64,000 nt of DNA, taken from positions 232,285 to 296,284 of the forward strand of contig NIVC01001758.1 in assembly GCA_002269645.1 (NCBI GenBank), in the 5' to 3' direction. The number at the start of each line of letters is the position of its first letter. The first letter of the stretch is position 1. Origin of the DNA: Macrostomum lignano (Eukaryota). The notes under the pieces were generated by a model. The model had not been told where the DNA came from, searched no databases, and saw only the letters and a list, made by a program, of their open reading frames with translations. Made by a program: the position numbers and the translations under genes. Below are positions 1-12,200 of this stretch, in pieces.

Positions 1-221
1 CCTGCTTTGCACCATCATTTTTTGCATTTTTCTTAGCTTTTTCAAACCGCCTGCAGACCCAGTTTTGCCGAATTCCAGTGCATTCTTTTCTGCTTAAATT
101 GGTTTGTCTCTGCCGAAGTGCATGCACCCGCTTTGCGACACTGAAGTCTGTACTGGGCTATTAGTCACTAAAGATTTTTTTAATTGTTAAGTGAGTAAAA
201 AAAACTTTTGCATTTCTCCAG

Positions 222-3200
222 GCAACTCCGACTGGTGGACATCCACGAGTTCCAAACGAAGCTCGAACCGCTGGAACTGAAGGAGTTCCAAACCTGCTGC
301 ATGAAGCACATTGACGCGGCTAGAGACAAACTGATCAAGCGGTGAGTCATGCCGTCTGGGATTGGCAAGTCAAAAGAAGTGCTGCAAAATATTTAACATC
401 GCCTTTCTAATTTTACCTCCGCCAGGTGGCTATCGGAGATTCAGCACATCTTCTACAAGGGCCACAAGCAGAAACAGATTCCTAGCGAGCACGAGGCGGA
501 TCAGCTGGCCGCATTCTACAATTGCGCGGCCAACCTCATGACCTCGCAGCTGCAGAGCCTTGGACTGCTGTCCATGGACGACTACACAGATCTGCTGGTG
601 CAGCCACCGGTAGGTTCTTGATCTTAGTTGGCTGGGCTTGTTACCAGGTAACTATCCAAGAACAATAAGATATTTATTAGTAAGTAAAATTTGGTTTCCC
701 CTGCAGACGTCGGCGCGAGCTTACGAGCACTCGGGCTTCATTCTGCGCTTCGTCTTGGACGACGATCGAATCAAATTTGAGCCGAACTTCGACGACTTCG
801 AGACAGTTTTCTTGAACATCTACGACGTGATGCTCAAGGTGATCTGCGCGATACCGCGCATCGAGACCAAGCTGTACTCGGCTTACGAAGGCGAGACTCT
901 ACTGAAGCCGTGCATCCTGCCCGAGATCCTCGCCGCCCACAAGAGCAAAGTCTCTGAAGTGGTGAAGCAAGAGGGCGACGGCCCGCTGAAGCACCTGAAA
1001 CAGTTCGACAAGTACAAGTTCATAATAAGCAAACAGGCCGACAACGATATTGACACTTTCCTACAGGAGGAGCACACATTCGATGAGTACGCGCGCGAGC
1101 TGCGAAAGTTCAAGCAGTTCGCTGAGCAGATCCAGTTCAAGTCGGTGCGCAGCCTGCGACTGGGCATGTTCCAGGTCCACTGCGACGACCTCATTCGGGC
1201 GCTCACGAAGCGCACTGAAGCCATCTGCGAGCGAATCCTCACGCGCATGATGGACGACTGGGCAACCAGGAGCTCATAAACGACTATAAGAACATCGCTG
1301 AGAAGGCGCTGACACTGCCGTCCAACACGGAGCAGCTCATGGAGCTGCGCGCCTTCGTCGAGAAGGTTGAGAATGAGACAATGGTGACTCTGCGAAGCCG
1401 CCTGGAGCAGAGCCGCGACCGATTGGTCTTCCTCGTGGAGCAGACTTCGTTTACCAACCACGATATGGAGCTCAACGCTGAGGTCTTCACCTGGGAGACT
1501 CGCATGCCGAATATCTTTGAGGAGCACAGGCACAACTTCAACGAGAAGCGTGACCAATTCCAAGAAAATCTGAAGTTCAAGAGGGATCAGTTTGTGCTGG
1601 AGCTTGAAGGCTACGCCAAGCGGGTCGAAGAGTTCCAGCAGTTCGGTGACATGGCCGAAGTGCCTCGGTATCTGTCCAAAGCGCAGAACTCCACAACAAC
1701 CTGGAGGCGGCTGCGATAAGGTTGAGGCGCTCAACAACGAAGAGGAGGCGTTCGGCTGGCGACGACACCCTATCCGCAGCGACAGCAGATTCTGACCACA
1801 CTGCGGCCGTACAAGCAGCTGTACGAGCAGACTGTGGACTTCCACCGCAAGTACAAAGAGTGGATGGATGGCCCAATGGACAATGTTGTGCCTGATGTGG
1901 TAGTCGAAGATGTCAACGGGCTGTGGCGTCTATTGTACAAACTCGAAAAGACATTTGATGATGTACCAGCGGCGAAGAAAATTGCCAGCAAAATTAAAGA
2001 GAAAGTCGAGGAGTTCAAAGAGCACCTGCCACTAATCACCTGCCTGTTTAACCCGGGTCTGAGGGAGCGCCACTGGACGCAGATCTCCGACATTGTTGGA
2101 TATCCGCTCCAGCCGGACGAAGAGATGTGCCTTTCGAAGTTGATCGACATGAACCTAGAACCGTACGTGCAAAAGTTTGAGAGCATCTCGAGGCAGCCAC
2201 CAAGGAGCACAACCTCGAGAAGACAATGAACAAGATGAAGAACGAGTGGGAAAGCATCGAGTTTAACATCATTCCCTACCGTGAGAGCGGAACGCACATT
2301 CTGTCGTCATTGACGACATTCAGCTACTCCTCGATGATCACATTGTCAAGACGCAAACAATGCGCGGCTCCCCCTTCATCAAGCCGTTCGAGAATGAGAT
2401 CAAGGATTGGGAGCAAAAGTTGATCCTGCTGCAGGATGTGCTGGATGAATGGCTGAAAGTGCAGGCCACGTGGCTTTATCTGGAACCAATTTTCAGCTCA
2501 CCAGACATCATGGCTCAAATGCCTGAGGAGGGTCGCCGGTTCACTACAGTGGACAAGAACTGGCGCGAGATCATGAAGGCGGCCATCACAGACAAGCGTG
2601 TGATGCAGTTATCATGATCGACAAGCTGCTGGAGAAGCTGCGCAAGTCAAACGAGCTACTCGAGCTGATCCAGAAGGGTCTGAACGATTATTTGGAGAAA
2701 AAGCGGCTCTACTTCCCGCGATTTTTCTTCTTATCTAACGACGAGCTGCTGGAAATCCTATCAGAGACAAAGGACCCGACCAGAGTGCAGCCGCACCTCA
2801 AGAAGTGTTTTGAGGGCATCGCCAGCCTGGAGTTCACCGACGTGCTGGACATCACTCACATGAAGAGCTCAGAAGGAGAGGTTGTTCAGTTGAAGGAGGT
2901 AATTTCAACAGCCAAGGCGCGCGGCCAAGTCGAGAAGTGGCTGCTGGAGCTCGAGGGCGACATGATCCAGTCCGTGCGAATGGCAACCAAGCTAGCTATG
3001 GAAGACTACGATAAGACGCCACGGGCTCAATGGGTTCGCGCCTGGCCTGGACAGGCTGTGCTGGCCATCGACTGCCTGTTCTGGACCACGAATGTACACC
3101 GCGCATTGCGCGAGGGTCCAGATTCTATGGACGAATACTTGAAGGAGAGCAACAGCCAGATTGACGAAATTGTCACTCTAGTGCGCGGAAAGCTGTCCAA

Positions 3201-6200
3201 GCAGAACCGCACAACGCTGCAGGCGCTTATTGTGCTGGACGTCCACGCCAGAGACGTGCTGACCAATCTGATCGAGCTGAAAGTGCGCGAGGAGAACGAT
3301 TTTAACTGGCTGAGCCAGCTGCGCTACTACTGGACAGACGACAACCTGCTGACGCGGATGATCAACTCAATGCTCCGATACGGCTACGAGTACCTTGGTA
3401 ACAGCGGCCGACTGGTAATCACGCCCCTCACTGACCGCTGCTATCGAACCCTGTTCGGCGCGCTCCATCTTCACTTGGGCGGCGCACCCGAAGGTCCCGC
3501 TGGAACAGGAAAAACCGAGACAACTAAGGATCTGGCCAAGGCCGTGGCCAAGCAGTGCGTGGTCTTCAACTGTTCCGACGGCCTCGACTATCTGGCGCTT
3601 GGCAAGTTCTTCAAAGGCCTCGCCTCCTGCGGTGCCTGGTCCTGCTTCGATGAGTTCAACCGAATTGACCTGGAGGTGCTCTCCGTGGTGGCCCAGCAGA
3701 TCCTCACCATTCAAAAGGCGGTCAACGCTGCCGCGGACACGCTCGAATTTGAGGGCACCCAGCTGAAGCTGGACCCAACCTGCGCTGTATTCATTACAAT
3801 GAACCCTGGGTAAGTAACTTTTTTTCTAACCGTAAGTATGAAAATTATTCAACTTTTTCGACTCAAACTCTTAAATTGAGATAAATTATCCTCATACCTG
3901 CAGCTATGCCGGCCGGTCTGAACTGCCAGACAACCTGAAGGCGCTGTTCCGTTCAGTGGCCATGATGGTGCCAGACTATGCGCTGATCTCGGAGATCTCG
4001 CTTTATTCCTGCGGCTTCATCAACGCCCGGCCGCTCAGTGTGAAGATCGTGGCCACCTACCGGCTGTGCTCCGAGCAGCTGTCCTCTCAGCCGCATTACG
4101 ACTACGGCATGCGCGCCGTCAAGTCCGTGCTAACTGCCGCCGGCAATCTGAAGCTCAAGTACCCCGAAGAGGACGAAGACATCCTCATGCTGCGCTCCAT
4201 CATTGATGTCAATTTGCCGAAGTTCCTCAACCACGACCTGCCCTTATTTGAGGGCATCGCCTCGGATCTGTTCCCCGGAGTGCAGAGGCCGACGCCAGAC
4301 TATGATCTCTTCAACATCGCTGTTAAGGAGAACTGCGAGAAGATGAATCTTCAATGCACTCCATTCTTCCTGGAGAAGATTCAGCAGATTTACGAGATGA
4401 TGATCGTCCGTCACGGCTTCATGATTGTCGGAGAGCCGTTCGGTGGCAAGACGTCCGCCTATCGGGTAAAAATCCTGCGAGTTTTCTTAGAATATTTAAA
4501 AAAATTCTTAGAGCCCCGCAATGAAAGCAGCACACTTTCTCTTCCAGGTGCTGGCCAAAGCCCTATGCGATCTGCACGACCGGGAGCAGATGGAGGAGAA
4601 CAGGGCCCAGTATACTGTGCTCAACCCGAAGGCCATCACTATGGGCCAACTGTATGGCCAGTTCGACCCGGTGTCGCACGAATGGTCAGACGGAATTCTG
4701 GCCGTGTCTTACCGCGCCTTTGCTACCTCGACTACGCCCGACCGCAAGTGGCTGATCTTCGACGGCCCAGTCGATGCCGTGTGGATTGAGAACATGAACA
4801 CGGTGCTGGATGACAACAAGAAGCTCTGCCTAATGAGCGGTGAGATCATCCAGCTAGCGCCAACCACCAATCTGATCTTCGAGCCGATGGACCTGGAGGT
4901 CGCCAGTCCAGCCACTGTCAGCCGCTGCGGCATGATCTACATGGAGCCGTCCAGCCTCGGCTGGCGCCCCATCGTCCGGTCCTGGCTCTACAATTCCACT
5001 GACGGACCGGATGACCCCATGAAGGAGCCTAATTACGTGCGGAACACAACAAAGTTTCTCAAGAAGGAGCAAAAAGAAGGTCTGGACGAAATGTTCGAAC
5101 GCTTCATTGACGCCGGCATTGCCATGGTACGCAAGGGTGGCGGCCGGGAGCTGTCAAAGACTTCTGACATTAACCTGGTCAGGTCGCTGATGAACCTGAT
5201 CGACTGCCAGCTAGACGAGTTCCAAGATGAAGCCAAGGTCAATCAGATGGAGCCGCGCCAGGTTCGCGCCTGGCTTGAGGGCATCTTCCTCTTTTCGTTC
5301 GTCTGGTCCGTTGGCGCCTCCACCGATGAGAATGGCCGTCGCCGATTCGACAAGCTCACCAGGGAGCTGGTGAATGGAGGCATGCTGGAGGAGACGCGTT
5401 CCAGGATTGCTCTGGTTGAGCTGGTGCCACCGCCACTCCAGGACTACTCGTGCCCGTTCCCGAACAAAGGGTCCGTCTACGACTACCGCTTCGTGAAAGA
5501 AGGCATGGGGAAGTGGGAACCCTGGGCAGCGGCCCTCCAGGAGATGCCGCCGATTCCGAAGGACGCCGAGTTCAACCAAATCATTGTGCCTACCGTGGAC
5601 ACTGTGCGATACACACATCTGATGAAGCTGCTGCTGACACACGAAAAGGCCTGTCTGTTTGTTGGCCCGACCGGTACAGGAAAATCGTCATACATTGCCG
5701 AGTTCCTGTACTCAGGTCTAGACAAGGATACTTACAAGCCGAACACGCTGAACTTTTCGGCCCAGACGTCGGCCAACATGACGCAGAACATCATCATGTC
5801 GAAGCTGGATCGTCGCCGCAAGGGCGTCTTTGGCCCTCCAATGGGCAAGAAGGTAATAATCTTTGTGGACGATCTTAACATGCCTATCAAGGAGACGTAC
5901 GGCGCCCAGCCGCCGATCGAGCTCCTGCGGCAGTGGCTTGACCACTGGAACTGGTACGACCTCAAGGACACGTCAACTATCAACTTGGTCGATCTAATCT
6001 TCATCGGCGCCATGGGACCACCTGGTGGCGGCCGCAGTGCCATCACGCCGCGATTCCTGCGCCACCTCAACACCATTACCATCAACGAGTTCCACGACGA
6101 AACCATGATTACTATCTTCAGCAGCATTGTGAAGTGGCACATGGATACGAGGGGCTTTGCTCACGACTTCCAGCCGTGCATTGAGCAGATCGTAAACGGT

Positions 6201-9200
6201 ACCCTGGCTGTTTACAAGAGCGCAATGGAAAATCTGCTACCCACTCCGGCCAAGTCTCACTACCTGTTTAATCTGCGAGACTTCAGCCGTGTAGTGCAGG
6301 GCGTGCTTCTTTCAACGCCGGACACCACCGAGGAGCCCGGATATCTGAAGCGTCTCTGGTTGCACGAGGTTATGCGAGTGTATTATGATCGTCTGGTTGA
6401 TGATGAGGATCGCAAATGGCTGTTCGACTACCTGAAGGAGGTGCTTCAAAAGGAGTTCAAAGAGGACTTTAACCAGCTCTTCGGTCATCTGGACTTTGAT
6501 GAGGATGGTCAAGTAACTGAGGACGATTTACGCTCCCTAATCTACTGCGACTTCTCCGATCCAAAATCTGCCAAAGGCAACTATGTCGAAGTGAACGACA
6601 TGGAGAAGTTGCGCGTTGTGGTTGAGGGCCACCTCGAGGAGTTCAATAACATGAGCAAGAAGCCGATGAATCTCGTGCTGTTCCGATTTGCCATCGAGCA
6701 CGTGTCGCGCATCTCGCGAATCCTCAAGCACCCAAGGAGCCACGCCCTACTCGTCGGTGTCGGCGGCTCCGGTCGTCAGTCGCTGACGCGGCTCGCTGCG
6801 CACATGGCCGACTACGACCTGTTCCAAGTGGAGATTAGCAAGTCCTACACTAGCAACGAGTGGCGCGAGGACCTCAAGCGGATCCTGCGCAAGGCCACAG
6901 AGTCAGAAAATCACGGCGTCTTCCTGTTCTCCGATACGCAGATCAAACAGGAATCCTTCCTGGAGGACATTAACAATTTGCTAAACGCTGGCGAGGTCCC
7001 AAATCTGTATGCTACGGATGAGAAGGCTGAGATAACTGAGAAGATGCGTCAGATCGACCGGCAGAGAGACAAGACTAAGCAGACAGACGGCAGCTTGGTG
7101 GCCTTGTTCAACCTGTTCATCCAGCGCTGCCAGGAGCAGCTGCACGTGGTGCTGGCCATGAGCCCAATTGGAAGCGCGTTCAGGAACCGGCTGCGCAAGT
7201 TTCCGTCGTTAGTGAACTGCTGCACCATCGATTGGTTCCAGGCCTGGCCGGAGGACGCACTGACGGCCGTGGCCACGCGATTCCTGGAGGATGTTGAGCT
7301 GACTGACGAGCTGCGCGCCGGCTGCATCAAGTTCTGCAAGCACTTCCACCAGTCCACCATCAATCTGTCGGCCCGTTTCGGCAGTGAGCTCGGCCGATAC
7401 AACTACGTAACGCCCACCAGCTATTTGGAGCTGATCAACACCTACAAGCAGTTGCTAGACGAGAAGCGAACTGAGATTCACAGACAGAAACGACGCTACG
7501 AAGTCGGTCTTGACAAGCTGCAGTCGGCCGCCGAGGAGATCGGGGTGATGCAGCAGAATCTGACCGCGCTGCAGCCGCAGCTGGTCCAGGCTAGCAAAGA
7601 GGTGGACGAAACTATGATTATTGTGGAGAAGGAGAGCCAGGAGGTGGCCAAGCAGGAGAAAGTTGTCAAAGCGGATGAGGCCGTGGCTAACGAGCAGAAA
7701 CAGGCTGCTCAGGCCATCAAAGACGAGTGCGACAGCGATTTGGCCGAGGCCATTCCAATCCTGAACGCCGCGCTGGCTGCCCTAAAGACGCTGACTCAGC
7801 AGGACATCACCATCGTCAAGACCATGAAGTCGCCGCCAGCTGGTGTGAGGCTTGTGATGGAGTCTGTCTGCGTGCTCAAAGGAATCAAGCCGGACCGCAT
7901 CCCGGATCCCAGCGGCTCGGGCAAAAAGATTGAGGATTACTGGGGTCCTTCGAAGAAAATCCTTGGTGACATGAAGTTCCTCGAGAGTCTGCAAAACTTT
8001 GACAAAGACAACATCCCGGCTCCAATTATGAAGGTGATTCGCGAACGATTCATTGTTAACCCAGAGTTCGTGCCGGAGAGAATCGCGGTCGCATCCACTG
8101 CCTGCGAGGGCCTGTGCAAATGGGTGCGCGCCATGGACCAGTACGACAAGGTAGCAAAGATTGTAGCTCCCAAGAAAGAGGCCCTGCGCAAAGCCGAGGG
8201 CGAGCTGGCGGTGGCCCAGGAGGCTCTAGCCAAGAAGCAGGCGACGCTGAAGGCCGTCCAAGACCGACTGGAGAAGCTGCGCAGCGACCTCGAGATGAAC
8301 AAGAAGCGCAAGATCGAGCTGGAGAACGAAGTGGATCTCTGCACAAAGAAGCTGGACCGTGCCGAGCAGCTAATCGGTGGTCTTGGTGGCGAGAAGGACC
8401 GCTGGCGCGAGGCCGCGCACAATCTCGGCATCACTTACACAAACCTGACCGGCGACATCCTCATCAGCTCTGGCGTCGTCGCCTATCTGGGCGCATTCAC
8501 GTCGGCCTTCCGGCAGGACCAAACCCTCTTGTGGGTCAATGAGGTGCGCGAGCAGCAGATCCCCGTGTCCGAGCGCTTCAGTCTGGTTCAGACTCTTGGC
8601 AACCCGGTAGAAATCCGGTCATGGAATATCAATGGCCTGCCCACGGACGACTTTTCAGTCGAGAACGGTATCATCATCAAGAATGCTCGGCGTTGGCCTC
8701 TGATGATTGACCCACAGGGCCAGGCTAACAAATGGGTCAAGAGTAACGAGAAAGCGAATAACTTGAAGGTGTGCAAGTTAAGCGATTCCGACTTCGTGCG
8801 CAACCTGGAGAACGCAATCCAGTTCGGCACGCCTGTGCTTCTTGAGAATGTTGGGGAAGAGTTAGACCCCCTGCTGGAGCCCCTGCTGCTCAAACAGACT
8901 TTCAAACAGGGCGGCGCCATCTGCATCAAGCTGGGCGACTCAATCATCGAGTACTCGAACGACTTCCGCCTATTCATCACGACTAAGCTGAGGAACCCGC
9001 ACTATCTGCCCGAGGTGGCCGTCAAGGTGACACTGTTGAACTTCATGATTACTCCGGAGGGTCTTCAGGATCAGCTGCTGGGCATCGTTGTTGCTAGAGA
9101 GAAGCCGGAACTGGAGGAGGAAAAGAACCAGCTGATTGTTCAGGGCGCCGAGAACAAGCGCCAACTGAAGGAGATCGAAGACAAGATCCTCTACGTACTG

Positions 9201-12200
9201 TCATCCTCCGAAGGCAACATCCTGGAGGATGAGTCTGCAATCAAGGTACTTAACTCATCAAAGACCCTCAGTAACGAGATCACTGAGAAGCAAGAGATTG
9301 CTGAGATCACGGAGAAGAAGATCGATGAAGCCCGAGCCGGTTATGTGCCCATTGCGGTGCACTCGACCATCCTGTTCTTCACGGTAGCTGATCTAGGCAA
9401 TATCGATCCGATGTACCAGTACTCGCTCACGTGGTTCATTAACCTATTCGTGATGTCGATTGACAATTCGCAAAAATCGGATGTTCTGGACCAGCGTCTC
9501 GAGAACTTGAAGCTGCACTTCACTTATTCGCTGTACTGTAACGTATGCCGTTCTTTGTTCGAGAAGGACAAGTTGCTGTTCTCCTTCCTGCTGTGCATCA
9601 ACCTGCAGAAGCACGAGAAGCTCGTCAACGACGAGGAGTGGCGTTTCCTGCTGACGGGCGGCGTCGGTCTCGATAATCCCAATCCCAACCCGACCGCCTG
9701 GCTGCCGCCCAAGTCCTGGGACGAAATCTGCCGCCTGGACGACCTGCCGCGCTTTAAGACTATCCGGCAGAAGTTCATGGCGCAGAAGGACCAGTGGAAG
9801 GTCATCTACGACAGCGCTACGCCGCAGAGTGAGACTCCGCCAGGCGAATGGGCTGAGAAATTGGCCGAGGAATTTCCACGACTCTGCGTCCTACGCTGCC
9901 TGCGGCCAGACAAAATTGTGCCAGCTGTTCAGGACTATGTGGAGAAGAAGCTCGGCAAGAAGTACATTGAACCGCCGTCGTTTGATCTGCCCGGTTCCTT
10001 CAATGACTCGAACTGCTGCTCCCCGCTGCTCTTCGTGCTGTCTCCCGGTGCCGATCCCATGGCGAGCCTGCTCAAGTTCGCTGATGACATGGGCTTCGGC
10101 GGCTCCAAGTTCGACTTCCTGTCGCTCGGCCAGGGCCAGGGACCCATCGCTATCGCCAAGATTGAGCGCGGAATAAAAGACGGCATGTGGATCCTTCTGC
10201 AGAACTGCCACCTCGCCCCGAGCTGGATGCCGACGCTGGAGAAAATCGTTGAGGACTTCACCCCAGAGAAGACGCATCCGGATTTCCGCCTGTGGCTTAC
10301 CAGCTACCCCTCCGACAGCTTCCCGGTTTCCATCCTGCAGAACGGCGTTAAGATGACAAATGAGCCGCCTAAAGGCCTGCGCTTTAACATTGCCCGCTCC
10401 TACCGCACCGACCCGATCAGCAATCCGGAGTTCTTCAACGAGTCGCACAATCCACGTGCCTGGAAGAAGATGTTGTTCGGCCTCTGCTTCTTCCACGCCA
10501 TCGTGCAGGAGCGGCGCAAGTTCGGCCCGATGGGCTGGAACATCCCCTACGAGTTCAACGAGACAGATTTGCGCATCTCCGTGCAACAGCTGCACATGTT
10601 CCTGGACGAGTACGAAGAGGTGCAGTTCGACGCGCTGCGCTACCTCACAGGAGAGTGCAACTACGGCGGCCGTGTCACCGAGGAGTGGGACCGGCGCACT
10701 CTCAAGACCATCCTCAACAAGTTCTACTGCAAAGAGATAATCTCGGATGATAATTACAAATTCGACGAAACCGGCTTGTACTTTGCACCACCCGACGGAG
10801 AGGTAAGTTGTGGAGTCTTTAGGACAGGAGGCAGGTAGTCCTGACCATTCCGCTTAGCATTATGTACGGATGCGGAGTGTACAGCGGTTCTGACTTTCTC
10901 AGCGTATTCGGGCTGCTACCGAAACCGAACTCCCACCCAATCGTTAAATTTTCAGTACGACAGCTACCTGGAGTACATCAAGAATCTGCCGTTGAATCCG
11001 CAGCCGCAGGTGTTCGGCATGCATCCGAACGCCGATATTACAAAGGACCAACAGGAGACAAATCTGCTGTTTAATAGCATCCTGCTAACGCAGGTAATTT
11101 TTTATAACGAATCTCATATAACTACTAACAGTAATACCATATTTATTAACGTTTTTTACTAATCTAAATTTAATTTAAACTTGTAATCTTTGTATAAAAT
11201 AACAGCTACTACTACTTCATATTTAAATTTGTTATTAAAACTCGACAAGTGACAACCATGACAACTTTATTCGCATGCCTTTCGGTTTCCTTGACGCAAC
11301 AAAACTAGCCAGGAAATGAGACTTCAGTCACGTCCGTGCAGGTGATGCGTATTTAAATTCAAAATTACCCGAATTAGAATCCGACAGTCGTCTTTTTTTA
11401 GTACTGGAAGTAGTTAATGCACAGCTTTTTGTTAAACAATCCATCAATTTTTGCTGTACGTTCGCTACACTGCTGAAAACAATAATTTGTGCTGCTAAAT
11501 CCCACAACAAAGGTATAAAAGTCATACATAACGCTCCTTTATTTCGGCTCTGTGCAAACAAAATATTTCAGAACAATTGCCTTCACCTAATTTGGCTCAT
11601 AGCAGAGCGGGAAGTTCTAACAAAACTTATTGCCAGTGTACCGTCGCTTGTGAGTGCAACGGTTGAGTCACATCCAGATCTTCCTAGTGGCTGTCAACAC
11701 AAATTTATGATATTAAAATCATTGTCTGTGGCCCCACAATAACCCTCCCTCCCAACTGTTACCTGAGCGAGACGAATTTACAAGAAAAAACATGTGTTGA
11801 TTTTCGTTGTTGATAGGAGCCAAGTCATGCCTGTTAAATATGCATTTTAACTGCATCAACCAATTCATTTTCTAACGAATTCAGGAGAAACTGAGTTTGT
11901 TAAACCGATTGAGTAAGTATCGGTGGCGTGTTATCAATGCAGTTCAGATTTCGTCAGTTCAGTCAGTTAGTCACTATGCAGGAGCGAGTGTTCACCAATA
12001 TCATTTCTGCTCCCCGTTTCAGTTCACTTAAGATGCAAGTTTTCTTTTGTTTTTTGGAGGGGGGGGTTAAATTTCGAATCGATTGAAGGAGTCATTGTTA
12101 AAGAATCGTGTTACCATTGCCACGAGTACATCACCGTTAACTGTTGTCTACCCGAAATTCCACACTCGATCACTTATTCAATGTGACTAATTGCATCCAA

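Noticed and set aside
883-10595. Many antisense and alternative-frame ORFs over DNAH7
   Set aside because: Shadow ORFs from GC-rich codon bias; no independent motifs.
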